Assembly (NCBI RefSeq): GCF_009914755.1
Contig: NC_060935.1
DNA from: the human T2T-CHM13v2.0 reference genome, Homo sapiens
DNA: 64,000 bases
Direction: 5' to 3' (one strand)
This document shows positions 30,595 to 46,601 of the stretch, in pieces; position 1 is the first letter of the stretch; each line of letters opens with the position of its first letter. The notes under the pieces were generated by a model, which made no database searches, was not told the origin of the DNA, and saw only the letters and a list, made by a program, of their open reading frames with translations. The position numbers and the translations under genes are program-made.

Positions 30595-30835
30595 ATTATT
30601 TAACATTAAGAGCTACACTTACTATGCACTGCCTGCATACAGGACTCTGCTAAACACCTTCAAATTATCTCACTCAATCCTTCCACAACTGCGGAAGTTA
30701 GGTACCATTATTTCCATTTTACAGACAAGGAACAGAGGCTGAGAGATATAAGCCATTCGTCCAGTCATTCATGACCAGTCAGTGAAAGAGCCAGGCTTTA
30801 AATTGCAGTCTGTCTGGTTCCAAAGTCTTCAGTCT
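30595..30835 (-). mobile_element. MIR
   Basis: ccattttacagacaaggaacagaggctgagaga is the MIR core. Confidence 0.65.
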
Positions 30836-31014
30836 TTATGTCTATACAATTCTGTCCTTCTAAATAGGGCCTGATTTGTTAATATTTATAGAGAATGCAT
30901 ATGTGTTATAATAGGTTTTGCAAATGACCTAGGACTGAAATGAAAACCTCCATGTAGGAAGTGGCTAGATATGAGGTAATAGATGACAACTATGAAAACC
31001 AAATAAATTATATT

Positions 31015-31190
31015 AAAAAACAAAGGTAAAATATCTATGTGAGGTGATGGGTATGCTAATTAGCTTGATTATGGTAATCATTTAACAGTGCATACAGATA
31101 TCAAAGCATCACATTGTACATTGTAAATATACACAATTTTTATTTGTTAATTAGACACCAATAAAGCTAGAAATTTAAATTTAAATTAAA
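31015..31190 (+). mobile_element. L1MA 3' end
   Basis: atgtgaggtgatgggtatgctaattagcttgattatggtaatcattt ... caataaagct. Confidence 0.75.
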
Positions 31191-31199
31191 AACAAGATA

Positions 31200-32029
31200 A
31201 TAAATATAGTACTCCAAACTCATTGCTTCCTAATTAATTGACTTCATTTTACTACTAAATATGCTTTTATACCTGTGTAGTGGAAATACTATCTAATAGT
31301 GTTCTACTACACCTCTCTTCCCATTTCCATATTTCACAGTGTCTCATTATGGCTTGAAATTGGCTATAGTGGGAGTATTTACACCAAAGAAATCAGCAAA
31401 CACTACCAATCAGTGCTCAGTTGATTGTTTTGTTGATTGTTTAGATTTAAGGAAGTGACAAAGGAAATGTTAACAACGTAGATTAAACCTGAACTGTGTC
31501 ACCTTTTAGCTGTTACATTGTGAATAGCACACAACATTGAGATATTCTTCCAGTATTTGAAAACTATTATCTGCCTCTCTAAAGAAGTATCTTATATTAC
31601 TGACAAATGAGTAAAGTTCTGATATGTCTTTGATGTGTCCTTCACATTGAAACCGTACTCCTTCACCAATGATGTGAGCAACCTCTGTGTTGAACCAGAC
31701 TGCCATCAAGCACATATTTGTAGCTGATTTTGTCAAACTATGGTTGAATTGCAACCATAGGTTGGCTACTGATACATGAGTTCAGTAAAAATCGGTGGAA
31801 GAGTCCTGTGATAATTAGTTGACTATGTGAGATTTACAATACAATATGTTGCATTTTTTAACTTTTTATTTCATACTTTATTTTATTTTCCCTGTCCTTG
31901 GAAATCAATGTTGTATACGTTAATATTATTTGTAAATTGTGAGCTATGCATATTTTATATCGGTAAATTTTATAATAAACTTCTTTTTTCCCAGAGAGTC
32001 AGGTGTTAAACATTGAAAGCACACTACTG
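31200..32029. mobile_element. Arthur1-like hAT-Tip100 DNA transposon remnant
   Basis: Contains ggcttgaaattggctatagtgggagtatttacacc and the terminus gagagtcaggtgttaaacattgaaagcacactactg. Confidence 0.6.
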
Positions 32030-32536
32030 GGTAGAACCATGGACAGCCTACGTGACTCCTTTAGTGACAAATTCTCAGAAATTTTCAGAACTCTGGACAA
32101 GGTCTTCCCAGTGATTCCCAAGGAAACCCTAGGTGAGTGACATTTCAGACCTAGTCCTTTCTCAACTACAGCTGTCCCAATTCCCAACTTCTTAAGTATC
32201 ACTGGAAGTCTGGCCCATCTTTCAGAGAACTAACCACAGATCACTTGATAGAATTAGAAACTCTCCTTTGGAACACAAGTTGCAAACAAAACAAGGTTTC
32301 TGCAACAGAAAACATTACTGGAAACCTTGGAAAATATTAATCACACTCTCTCCAGGTGAGTACTTCATTGCTGTATCCATCATGCAACATTATCAATTAC
32401 TAATTTATATGTTAATCTCCCCTGCTGACCACAGGCACCATGAAAACAAGAGTGTCTCTTATTCCTTCCTTGCCCAGACAGAGTTCAGCCAATGTTCCTG
32501 AGCTCATGTATGAATGACAAAAGAGTCGGGGATTGA

Positions 32537-32975
32537 GGCCCAGCAGAGTGGCTCATGCCTATAATCCCAGCACTTTGGGAAGCTGAGGGAGGAGGATTGC
32601 TTGAGCCCAGGAGTTTAAGACCAGCCTGTGTAACATAGCAAGATCCCTGTCTCTACAAAAAGAAAAATTAAAAATTAGCTGGTCATGATGGTATATGCCT
32701 GTAGTCCCAGTTACTTGAGAGGTTGAGGCAGGAGGATCACTCAAGGCAAGGAGTTTGAGATCAGCCTGAGCAACACAGTGAGACCTTATCTTTACAAAAA
32801 AAAAAAAATTAGCCAGGCATGGTGGTGTGCACCTGTAACCCTAGCTACTGGGGAGGCTGAAGCAGGAGGATCACTTGAGCCCAGGAGTTGGAAGCTGTAG
32901 TGAGCTGATTGCACCGCTGCACTCCTGCCTGGGCAACACAGCAAGACCCTGTCTCAACAACGACAGAATAAAAAG
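32537..32975 (+). mobile_element. Trimeric AluJ (three monomers)
   Basis: Left arm, hybrid middle monomer and right arm, separated by two A-rich linkers. Confidence 0.8.
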
Positions 32976-33639
32976 AGAGAAGAGAAAGAGGAGGAGGATC
33001 TCCTTACAAATCTGGCATTGGCAGAATTAGCATCATTTTGTTGTGTTATTTAGGTGTTTCCTGTATGGCTCAAGAGCAATACCTTTATTGTGATTCTATA
33101 TCCAAATATATATACAACAGCAAGTCAACTGACAAGATCACCCAGATTTTTCTAAATATACTACATATAATTGTTACTCTTACTAAAGCACACAACCATC
33201 ATGATTAGTGAACAATAACCATGGGATTCATCCATACAAATAAGTTGCCTTTGCAAATAGGATCCCCAAATCCCCAAATATATGTGGGCTAAAGACACTT
33301 TACAAGTGTGATCTAGAAACTTGCCCCTTTTTATGTTCTGTACTTACAGAGTAGAGGGAAGAACAAGCTATCCTTGGTCATGTGGCTGTGCATTATAGGG
33401 GCAGGTCCTATATGAATGATTTTTATCTAGAGGCTGTTGTATCTACCTTGTTTCTGAGTATTTGAGGGATCTAAAGCCAGGGCACTTTGGGAATGGGAGA
33501 CAATTGCAGAGGGGGCAACAGCTACTCTCAGAATTGATACTGAGAGCAATAAAAGCCAACACACACAGGAATTGCTACAAAACCATCACAGCATACAGAG
33601 TTTTCTAAATTGTGCCTGGAATTAAAAAAAAAAAAAAAG

Positions 33640-34480
33640 AATGCCAAAGGATACATTTAAGATAATTAAGTCATCATTTAACTCAATCAGTGAAATAATA
33701 GACATGAAAATAGGCCCAGAATTCTCCTTCAGGATCCGTATGGATATTGGTATTGGCCCACTTTCCTAATTTCCATGCTTTCCACGGCTTTTAATTTCTT
33801 CTTTCCATGACTGAAAACCAAATACACAATTTTCTCCTCCTTAATTCTGTCTCACTCGGAGCTGGGAATTTTCTGACATAAGAAGCTAATTAAAAACGCA
33901 TTACTACAGCAAGGGTTGCCTTGCAATTCACCTGGCATCTAGGGGTTAATCTCACACATTTTCAATCCCACCTTAAACAGAAATAATAGAAACAGGAAAC
34001 TGGCTTTTGGGCAACCTTCCTAAGATGGTGCTTCAGAGCACAACAGTTAAAAAAAAAAAAAAAAGAAAGAAAAAGAAAAAAACCTCTGTGCAAATGGAGA
34101 TGAATGGTACGCAGGCCACTGAGGTAATTAAAAATGTATTTTCCGTCTCCTAGTAATTGAATTGTGTACAAGCTGCAAGTTAATGAGGTCATCTACCCTC
34201 GAGCACTGACAGGAAAGCAGGAATAATTATCTTTCAATTTTTTCTTATGTAGCAATTAATTTTAACCATTTGCCTACACCCCACTTCCACTCCCCTCATT
34301 CCAGTCAGTCAAAGTCATCGCTAAACCGAATTGACAAGCAATTGATACGGTGGCGGCACGGAGCTGCCGAGGCGGGCAAGGTAATCAAGGGGCTGCAGCT
34401 GTTGAGGGCTAAGCGCTTCCAGGTGACTGTCGCCTGAGATTTCGCATTCTGTCTCGCGGAGGATGTGGGACACACAGTGG
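33640..34480. promoter_or_regulatory. Candidate conserved non-coding element / enhancer
   Basis: Repeat-free, with many TAATTA/TAATTG/TAATCA sites and TGACAG, and an unusual CpG cluster at about 34318-34460. Confidence 0.45.
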
Positions 34481-35088
34481 TGGCTGACGGAACATCTGGT
34501 GCCAGGTGGGCTGGGAAGGGGCACTGCTGACTTGGGAAGGCAACAGAAGGATGGACAAGGATTGATGGATGGACAAGACTTTGAAACAAAAATGTCACTT
34601 ATAAAAACTGTTATCGCAAAATGGGGGAGAAGCGCCCGGCCACTCGCTACACACATCTTAAGCTTATGGCCTCCTTGAACTTCTTGAAGATTTTGGCTGG
34701 TTAAGTTTAGAGTGGGGTCCAGCTGCTCAGTTCTCCTAGAACTTACGAACACAAAAAGTTTCTTCCCTCATTGAGCTCAACAAAAGCTCACCGCTGTTTT
34801 TACTCATCCTCATTCTAGGCCCACTGTTCTAAGCCAGAGCAGTGCTGAGGAACAATTTATTCCAACTCAGCTGCAGTCTAGCCCAGAATGCATCACGATA
34901 TGATGTAATGGAAGGTTGTCCATACGCTGGTTGGTCCAATGTTTAGATCAGATCCTAGGTTTGTGACTCCACATCACCCCCACTTGTCTTTCTAATTGGC
35001 AAAAATTAGAGAAAAATCTCACTTTTGACAGGTTTCAACCAAAATGAGTAAATGTTTATGAAAGAGAGAGAGAGAGAGATATCAGGTC

Positions 35089-35607
35089 CGTGATGGTTAA
35101 TTTTATAAGTCAACTAGACTGGATTAAGGGATGTCCAGATAGCTGGTAACGCATTATTTCTGGGTGTGTCTATGAGGGTGTTTCCAGAAGAGATTGGCAT
35201 TTGAATCATGGACTGAGTCTGGAAGATCCACCTTCACCCAGTGGGGCTGGGCACCATCCAATCCATTGAGGGCCCAAATTGAACCAAAAGGCAGGAGAAA
35301 GGTGAATTCACTCTGTCTTCAAGAGCTGGCACAGCCATCTTCTCCTGCTCTTGAACATCGGAATTCCATGTTCTCAGATCTTCAGACTCCAGGACCTGTA
35401 CCAGCACCCCACATGGTTTCCAGGTCTTGGACTCAGACTGAACGATACCACTGACTTCCCTTGTTCTCCAGCTTGAAGATGCATATCTTGGGAATTCTCA
35501 GCTTCCATAACTGCATGAACCAATTCCATATATCCATATTTATACCTATATCTACATCTAACTACCTATTATTGGTTCTGTTTCTCTGGAGAACCCTGAC
35601 CAATACA
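35089..35607 (+). mobile_element. MLT2 (ERVL) solo LTR
   Basis: gtgatggttaattttat ... ttggttctgtttctctggagaaccctgaccaataca, with a 5-bp TSD (aggtc/aggcc). Confidence 0.85.
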
Positions 35608-35977
35608 AGGCCATTATTCATTAAGCCTATTCAGACTTATTAAGTGTCTAAATGGCTCTTCATGCTAAGTAAGCTCTTAACACTAAGTTCTATGAGAAGA
35701 GCATGCATAATACTAAGTATCAATACTTAATATAATACTTAATACTAAGTAAGCATATTGCTCAGTTTATATCTGCTGTCCTGATGCAATTATTAATAGC
35801 AACACTTCACTCTTGAAAGTGTACCACTACTGATGATAGTTTATATAGCCACCTGGTCATGAGGTGCTATGGGTGAAAGCTATCCAGGAGGCCAACAGAG
35901 ATAAACTGAAGTGTCTTTTAGTTTAGCAGAAGAGTAAGATAAAATACCTTTCTCTTTGTTCCTGAGGCTTTTGTTAA

Positions 35978-36273
35978 CTTTTTTTTTTTTTTTTGAGACA
36001 GGGTCTTGCTCTGTTGCCCAGGCTGGAGTGGCATGATCATAGCTCACTGCAGCCTCCAACTCCTGGGCTCAAGCAATCCTCCTGCCTCAGCCTACCAAGT
36101 AGCTGAGACTACAATCGTGTGCCACCAGGCCCAGCTAATTTTTTCATTTTTTGTAGAGACAGAGTCTCGCTATGTTGCCCAGGCTGGTCTCGAACTCCTG
36201 GGCTCAAGCAATCCTCCCGTCTCAGCCTCCCAAAGCTTTCTGGGATTACAAGCGTGAGCTACTGCACCTGGCC
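35978..36273 (-). mobile_element. AluJ
   Basis: Dimeric Alu; TSD tttgttaact/tttgttgact. Confidence 0.88.
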
Positions 36274-36538
36274 CCTTTGTTGACTCTTCATTCTCATAAT
36301 GTCTATGCCATTTCTCCAAGGGGACCACAGAAGGAAGGGCACTTTGGAGCCATTTTTACTCAGATCAATGCAAAGTCATCAGGTGGACTCAGGGATCCAT
36401 GACAGAGCAAAAAGAGGAAAAAGTCTCCCTCGAAGCCTACAAGGGATGACAAACAGGCTCTCAATCTGTGTCCTGAAGCAACTGTAGGAGGAGAGTGAGA
36501 GGGGAAGCTCTTGCAGGCCACTTTTCAAAGATGAGCAG

Positions 36539-36840
36539 GGCTGGGTGCAGTGGCTCACCCCTGTAATCCCAGCACTTTGGGGGGCCAAGGCGAGTGGATC
36601 ACTTGAGGTCAGGGGTTCGAGACCAGCCTGGCCAACATAGCGAAACCCCATCTTTACTAAAAATACAAAAAATTAGCCGGGCTTGGTGGTGGGCGCCTTT
36701 AGTCTCAGCTACTCAGGAGGCTGAGGTGGGAGAATCGCTGGGACCTGAGAGGCAGAAGTTGCAGTGAGCTGAGAATGCACCACTGCACTCCAGCCTATGA
36801 GACAGAGCGAAACTCCATCTCAAAAAAAAAAAAAAAAAAA
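36539..36840 (+). mobile_element. AluS
   Basis: Full dimer; TSD gatgagcag. Confidence 0.9.
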
Positions 36841-36895
36841 GGGATGAGCAGTTGTCATTATGGGTTTGCTGCTCCTGCAATTAAATGCATATCTG

Positions 36896-37190
36896 GGCCA
36901 GTCACGTGGCTCATACCTGTAATCCTAGCACTTTGGGAGGCTGAGCAGGAGGATCGCTTGAGCCCACAAATTCTAGAATAGCCTGGACAACACAAGGACA
37001 GCCCCACATCTACAGAACGAAAAAAATAAATAGCCAGTCATGGTGGTGCATGCCTGTGGTCCCAGCTACTCAGGAGGCTGAGGTGGGAGGATTGTTTGAG
37101 CCCAGGGGGTCAAGGCTGCAGTGGGACATGATCATGCCACTGCACTCCAGCCTGAGCAACAGAGCAAGGCCATGTCTCAAAAATAAATAA
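36896..37190 (+). mobile_element. AluJ
   Basis: Diverged dimer. Confidence 0.85.
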
Positions 37191-37222
37191 ATGCACAAGT
37201 GCTTAAAAATAAATAAATTCTG

Positions 37223-37537
<315 letters not shown>

Positions 37538-38206
37538 TTATGGATGCCATCAGGGAAGGACGCACTTTGTACCATGGTCACTGCAACTTCACGTACAGGT
37601 TTAAGTCTCACTGCCCCTGCCTACCTTCAGACAAATTTCTCTCTTAAGAGGATAAAGAAGCTAGCATTGTTTTAGCTCCTATCACGTCCTAGGAAGTTTA
37701 TATGTATGCATTACTTGTCACAGCAATCCTCTGCAGCATTAAAATTGCAATTTCCAGATGAGGAAACTGAGGCTCAGAGAAGTCCAGGGATTTGCCCAAA
37801 GACAAAGGATTTAAGCCTGAGTCCATCAGATGTCAAAGCCCATGCTTCTTCCCTGACATCACTCCAGCAGGCTGGACTAGGCAGGTGAGGTTTTGTTCTT
37901 TTTCTCATTGCAGGCTTGCTCCTTCTAGCTCTATGACTGTTAACTAATCTAGCATTCTGGAAAAATGAGGCAACATTCCCATTGATCCCTAAGTGTCCAT
38001 TCTTGGAGAGTTTTGTGTAAAGCGTGGCCCTCTTCCTTTTCTATGGCAGACCCCACATGGGAGGGGACACATATCTGTCTCTAATGCCTTGGTATGACTG
38101 TGTTTATCAGGTCCCTTTTCTCCGAATTATATGGCCATTAGGAAATAAATCCTATCAGAAGAGAAGAAACTAGAACCAGGGGGAAGGACACACATGAGCA
38201 GGCTGA

Positions 38207-38936
<730 letters not shown>

Positions 38937-40287
38937 AGCAGAGAGGAAAACAAAGCTGGTGTAATCTTAAGGCATCTCTCGGGCCAAGAACTTGGAGGAA
39001 GTAAGATTTCCTCATGGCTTCCATTTTTGACCCAATTCATTTTTTTCTGCTTTCCCTAGAACCTCTGCTCCTATGAAACTAAGGAAGTGTAAATATAAAG
39101 CGTTCAGGGTATTTGTTGAGAAAGAGAGCAGACATATGACAAAGGGTGATTTGTTTCAAAGATGGAAGAGAGTGGGCTACGTGTCTACACTGGCAAGAAT
39201 GATCCTCAGGAGAGAGAGAGGGAGTAATTCAAGAGGAACACGCAAAGGAATCAAGACCTCTGGAGGAGCCCTGGGTAGAATCCCAGAACCCCAGAGCTAG
39301 AAAGGACTCTCAAGTCCCTACTCTTTTTAACCAGCAGAACATCAAGGTGAAACAACATAGGTAGGGCTACTTAGCTGGTAAACTACACAACCAAGAACCC
39401 CTGTCTTAGCAATGACTTGCTGTTTGTTGAGCACTTACCATCTGCCAGGATTTATCTTACAGAAAAGGAAACAGGCTCAGATAAGTGAGTTGTCCAAAGT
39501 TAGACAGTTACCAAGGGTTAGGACTGGAATTCAAACCTGATAATGTCTGACTCAGAAATCTTAACATTTACTGTCCACACTGGATAGCCTGCTGGCCAGG
39601 GTACCCTGCATCCTGTAGAACTGAGTCCCCGAGTCTCTGGAACTCCTCATCTGTAGCTATTTACAGTCTCGGGGAAACCAAAATGTCCTAACCTCTTGGA
39701 AGGTGGCTCAGACAGGAGGTGATGCTGTCTATATCTGTGACACACAGCCACATAGCATCTCAGAGTGGGAGATTAAGACCAGATCCTTGGGAAAGTTCAA
39801 CAGGAACACCACACATACAAATGTGCACAGGTGTGCATGCACACACACACACACAGATGCACACATGAACGTGCTCATGAACAGACGGCACAGATTTCCT
39901 ATGGCTCTGTGAGGATAAGGGGCTGCCAGCAGGACACTCCACCATCACCTGCTGAACACAAGCTGTTCCACCCCCTTGCTGAGCCTTGGAACCAGTGTGC
40001 AATCATACACAAAAAAGCCCGGCTCCATTTTAGTGGCTAAATTGCCATCCAAAGAAAAGACTTCCTAGGACAACAGATTTCTCGGAGGAGAATACAAAAG
40101 AGTGAACAGGTGGTTTCCCATCCAAAAGCGTCACCCCTAACTTCCTCTCCAGACTCCAGGCTGCCTGGTCAGGCCTGGAAAGGAAAAGACATGTTGGCGC
40201 AAAATAGAGACATTTTTGGAAGTGCAAATGGAACTTGTGAATTGTTTGGCGTTTTGTTTCAATAAAGAACATCTTTTGAAAAAGGTA

Positions 40288-40319
40288 GATGATGATGATG
40301 ATGATGATCATGATGATGC
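40288..40319. repeat. (GAT)n microsatellite
   Basis: Visible directly. Confidence 0.85.
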
Positions 40320-40583
40320 TACTACTTATTAAGCATAATAATAATGACTGCTGCAATTTATTGAGCACTTACTACATGCCAAGAACTGTGCTTCACATGC
40401 ACTCTCTAATTTGATCTTCACAACAACTGTTTGACTAGTAGTCTGTTCATGCTGCCATTTTACAGGGGAGAAAATGGAGGCTCTGAAAGGTTAATTCTCT
40501 TCCCAAAGGACACGAGCTAGTAAGGACAGTAGCTGGGGTGGAAACCTGAGTCCCAATTCTGATTCTGAGGCCTGTGCCCCTAA

Positions 40584-40585
<2 letters not shown>

Positions 40586-40631
<46 letters not shown>

Positions 40632-40640
40632 TGTGTGTGT
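40586..40640. repeat. (GT)n microsatellite
   Basis: About 27 GT units with one interruption. Confidence 0.95.
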
Positions 40641-40929
40641 ATAGATGACTTAACATAAAAAGTAAGACACCTTGAGCAATTAACTCTCCAAGAAGAACTT
40701 CAGGACACAGACTGAAGTAAAATTCTCTCCTCTCTCTCTCCACTAACAGGTCTACACTTGGGGATATGCAGGTGAGCGCCCACAGCTCCCTTCTACTCAC
40801 AGGGCAAAGGTGTGGGACCCTCCATCCCTTTTCACTTCCACTTCACCAGACTCTCCCAGCTTTCTGGACATTAGTGAGACATGGGTTCCTTGGCATCCAA
40901 CTCCCTTTGTGATGCCCAGCTACTGCTTT

Positions 40930-41450
40930 CTCTAGATCCCCTCCAACGGCTTCCGTCACACTTAGAACAAAATCCAAAGCCCTCCTCTTGGCAAACAGGG
41001 CCCTGCATGATCTGGCTGTGACTCCCCCTTTACCTTTTCTATTCCAAGTACCCTCATCTATGCCATTCTCCCCACACTGACCTGCCCAAGCATGTTCAGA
41101 GGCTTTGCCCTCACTCTTCCCACTGCCTGGAATGCCTGTCCTTGGGTATTCACGTGGCTCGCTGTATTCAGGTACCTTGCCCAAATGCCACCTGATGAGA
41201 GAAGACTTCCCATTTACCTTCTCCCCAACAGCACCCTTCAGCCCCTCCACTCTCTGACCACTGATCCTGCTTTATTTCCTTTCACAGCATTTATCACTAC
41301 CTGATCTTTCATTGTGTCTGTATATGTTATTATCTGTGTCACCAACTAGAGGAGGAACTCTGTGAGGACGGGGATGTCCCCCGGTGCTCAAGCTTGTCTT
41401 AGCCTGTAATATAGCACCTCGCCACTGAGGCCGCTCAACGAACACTGTCA
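40930..41450 (+). mobile_element. L2 fragment
   Basis: cttagaacaaaatccaaagccctc ... ccactgcctggaatgcc ... cacagcatttatcactacctga. Confidence 0.7.
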
Positions 41451-41532
41451 AATGCACGCCCAAGTCTCCAGGTTGCGTTCCCTTGCCCTGTTTTACAATA
41501 TAATACATGATGGGTTCTTTGACCCAAACTAA

Positions 41533-41950
<418 letters not shown>

Positions 41951-42911
41951 TGACTAATATTTTCAGGCTCACTCTCATGTTGGAATGCACCTCAGCTGCC
42001 ATTGCTCCAACCACGTTTCATAGGTTAGGAAGATGAGGCCCAGACAAGTTAAGCCCCTTGTCCAAGATATCACAGCTGGTTAGGGATGTAGCAAACACTG
42101 AAATCCAGCTGTTTTGCTTTGTATTCTAGTCTCTAAAGAAGAGATGTGTAACTTGTAGGAGGTACAAAGAAGACACATAATTTAGTCCTGGTCTCTTGGT
42201 ATGTCCTCCAGTGGTAGAAAGAGAATTGGGAGTTTTCAGTTTTTCCTACTTTTCATTCCCTAAATTCGGAATACTTCTGGTTCCCCCACAGACTCCTCAA
42301 ATCTGCTAGCCCAGATTCTCAAGGCCCCTGGCACAGAAACTAACGACTGCTCTAGAACTAAAGATTTGGTCCCCATGGTGCACAGGTAAAGCAATATTTA
42401 AGGAAAGATGATCACCTAGAGAACAGTGGGCAAGTTCCATAGTGGAAAAGAGGCACAGGCAGTTCAGACTCAGCATCCACAGCGTCTAATCTGGAAGACG
42501 GAGGACATCATGGGCTGTGCCGGCGCTGATGCTCACCCTGTTCCCATGGGGACACATCTCCAGTGTTTCGCCCACCAACTTGTCACGCTTCTCTAATGTT
42601 TATTTGACTTATCTATATATGGTGGGAAGTTGAGCAAAGAATGTGTCAAGAGCCCAAGCGAGGACCAAAGAGGATGGCCTGGGAAGAACAAAGACAAATC
42701 AATCCAGAGCAACTACGCGATCTCAAACCAAATAAGGAAGAAACAACTATTGATTTCCAAGAAGGGCAAAAAAAAAGAAAAAGGAGGGAGGGGAGGGAAG
42801 GGGGAAAGGGAGAAGAGAGAAGAAGCGGGAGAAGAAAGAGGAGAAGGAGAAGGAGAATCCCTTGTCCAGCAAATACAGGTCACAGAGCACCTAACAGCTT
42901 TTCTCTATCCT

Positions 42912-43340
42912 GGTGTGGCAGAGCCTGGCACCGTCCCTGCAGTAGCCATTCTTTCCTTTAGGACTCATGGCTGTCCCACTAAAGACTACAATTCTAAGAC
43001 TCCCTTGCAGCTGGATGTGACCACAGGGTGAGATTCTGGCCAATGGGATGTGAGTGAAATGTGCAATTTCAGGAGCTTGCCCTCTTCTTTCTTCCCCCTC
43101 CTGTCAGGGAAGCCTGGCTGTGATGGCACATCCTCTGCAGCCACACAGGTGAGGACAACACTCCAAGGACAACAGAGCTACAGGAAGAAAAGAGTAGGGG
43201 GCCCCAGCACAGGCAAGCTCCTCTGCCGGTGCCAGATCTTATCCCTGGACTGCGATGTGACAGGGAAATAATCTCTCTTGTTTAAGCCACTATATTCCGG
43301 TGTCTTCTGTTACAGCAGCCTAACTGACATTCTAACTAAA
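42912..43340. mobile_element. Old MaLR LTR (MLT1-type)
   Basis: gactacaattctaagactcccttgcagc ... ttctggccaatggga ... ttgtttaagccact. Confidence 0.65.
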
Positions 43341-43733
43341 GCTCTTTGTTTCTGCACTCAATATTTAAACTTTACCCACTGTCGTTGAATCTCTGACTTG
43401 CCCTGTCCACTTAACCCCACTCTCAGGAGATGATCTGATCTTCTATTTCAGAAAGCAAAGAGAAGCCAGCATATGGGAACACTCAGCTTCCACTACATAA
43501 CCTTTATAGGTGACATCTGCACATACCTGCTCCTCCCATCCCTGCTGGAACTCTGTGGGAGTGTCCCTCTTCCTATCATGGCCAGGATTTCCATCTGGGC
43601 TTTGGGTCCCATCCCTTCCTGCCCTTCAGGGTAATCTCATTATCAACCATCCCTTGTCTTTTATCATTCAGCCTCTCCCTCCCTCTTGACTGTTACCATG
43701 GCAGTTTTTTAATATGTTGGTGTCTTTCCCATC

Positions 43734-43735
<2 letters not shown>

Positions 43736-43763
<28 letters not shown>
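43736..43763. repeat. (TAA)n microsatellite
   Basis: Visible directly. Confidence 0.9.
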
Positions 43764-43766
<3 letters not shown>

Positions 43767-44771
43767 TACTAAGACCTTCCTTGATCACACACTAGCATGG
43801 CACATTTCTATAGCCTCCTCCATAGTACACAAAGAACTGTGTATTCATTAGTGGAGGAGAGGGTGCAAGAGGGGCTTTGTCCCCATGCTCCTTTCTCCCA
43901 TACCCCTTTAGTCGGGCCACCCCCCAACAACCCGTCGTCTCAGCAGGTAATTCTGAGCACCCTCATGCTTTCCTTGCCCTGAAAGGTACAGATCCCAGAC
44001 GCTGGAGTTCAACAGCCCTACTTTGCTCTGCTACTCAGCCTGGCATGACCCCTGACTCCTGCACTTCAGTTTCATTGATCATAAAATGCAAACAATGGAT
44101 ATGCTACTTCATAGGGTTGTTGTGAGGATTAAAGCATATATGTGTCTTTATCAGGATTTCTAGTTGCAATCCATAGAAATGAACTCTGGCTAATTTGGTT
44201 AGAAAAGGGAATTGTTAAAAGGATTTTGGAGACCCCAGATCTCCAGGAAGGCTGGAGAACAGGTTTGAATACTATGTTGCCAGGAATAACACCCAAAAAT
44301 CACATCACAGAGCTAGTCCCCTGAAGAAACCTCTGCCAAGCCACGGCCGCTGTCCCCAGACACACTGTTCACTGGCCCCAGAGCAGCAGTGACGGCTGCC
44401 ATCACAAGTGGGAAGTCACTGCCATAGGCCCCTCTCCCTCGCCAGAATGGATCCTGAGCAGTCACAGCCTCAGCCCATCAGCAGCTGCTGATTCACAGCC
44501 TGGGGTGGGTCCATTGGCAGAGCCTGGGTCTCATGCCAGCATCCGAGCTGCAAAGGAAATGGGGAAAGCAAGTTATCTGTTATATTCAGCTTCTGTACTG
44601 TGCGCATGGGTGAGGAGGAGTATCCTATAGTCAGAGGAAGTGTGTTCAGCTACCAACAACCAAAAAGAATGACTAATATCCACTAAACAAATGAAATATT
44701 TATCCCAGTACTTGACGTGTTATCTTTCATCATTGTACTTTATTTTACCCAAGTCTGTGTTGAGACCATCA

Positions 44772-45385
<614 letters not shown>

Positions 45386-45540
45386 TCACAACCATCCCCC
45401 TCTTTCCCCCAGCAACAGAACTTTCCAATAAAACCTACCTGTCCCCACATCCCAGTATCTCCTTTTATTTTTTTCTCCAAGGAACTAATGGCTATCTGAT
45501 AAACTTGGGCTAAATATGGATGACTGAAAATTGGCTAGTT

Positions 45541-45684
45541 GGTGTCTGATTCTTTTCTACATCTTCCTGTGTTCATAGGAGATTCCCGGAGTCACAGAGC
45601 TTCCACCCAAAGGGTGTCTGATTCTTTTCTACATCTTCCTGTGTTCATAGGAGATTCCAGGAGTCACAGAGCTTCCACCCAAAG
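45541..45684. repeat. 72-bp tandem duplication (2 copies, 71/72 identical)
   Basis: 45541-45612 and 45613-45684 differ only at c45587/a45659. Confidence 0.95.
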
Positions 45685-45978
45685 GGATTTCAAGCAGCTG
45701 TGAAATTTACCTCAGGGAGTTTTTGGTCAGCAGGAAGGTCTTTTGACTGAGACGACTGCTATTCAGTAAATAACCTTGGCTAAATTGATGTCACCAACTC
45801 CTTGTCAACCCCATAGGTTTGAGCACATCTTACATACTTTCACACATTTTATCTCACCCGCTCTTCCCCCAAAGCCCCATGTGATATTCAGGATGTTATC
45901 ATCTGCAGTTGATGAGATGTCCAGAAAGGCTTAATGAACTTCCCAAGGGACTAAATTTGGTAAACAGAAGTAACACTA

Positions 45979-46601
<623 letters not shown>

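Noticed and set aside
42630-43031. Lys/Glu/Gly-rich ORFs
   Set aside because: They derive from a GA-rich low-complexity tract running into an MLT1 LTR.
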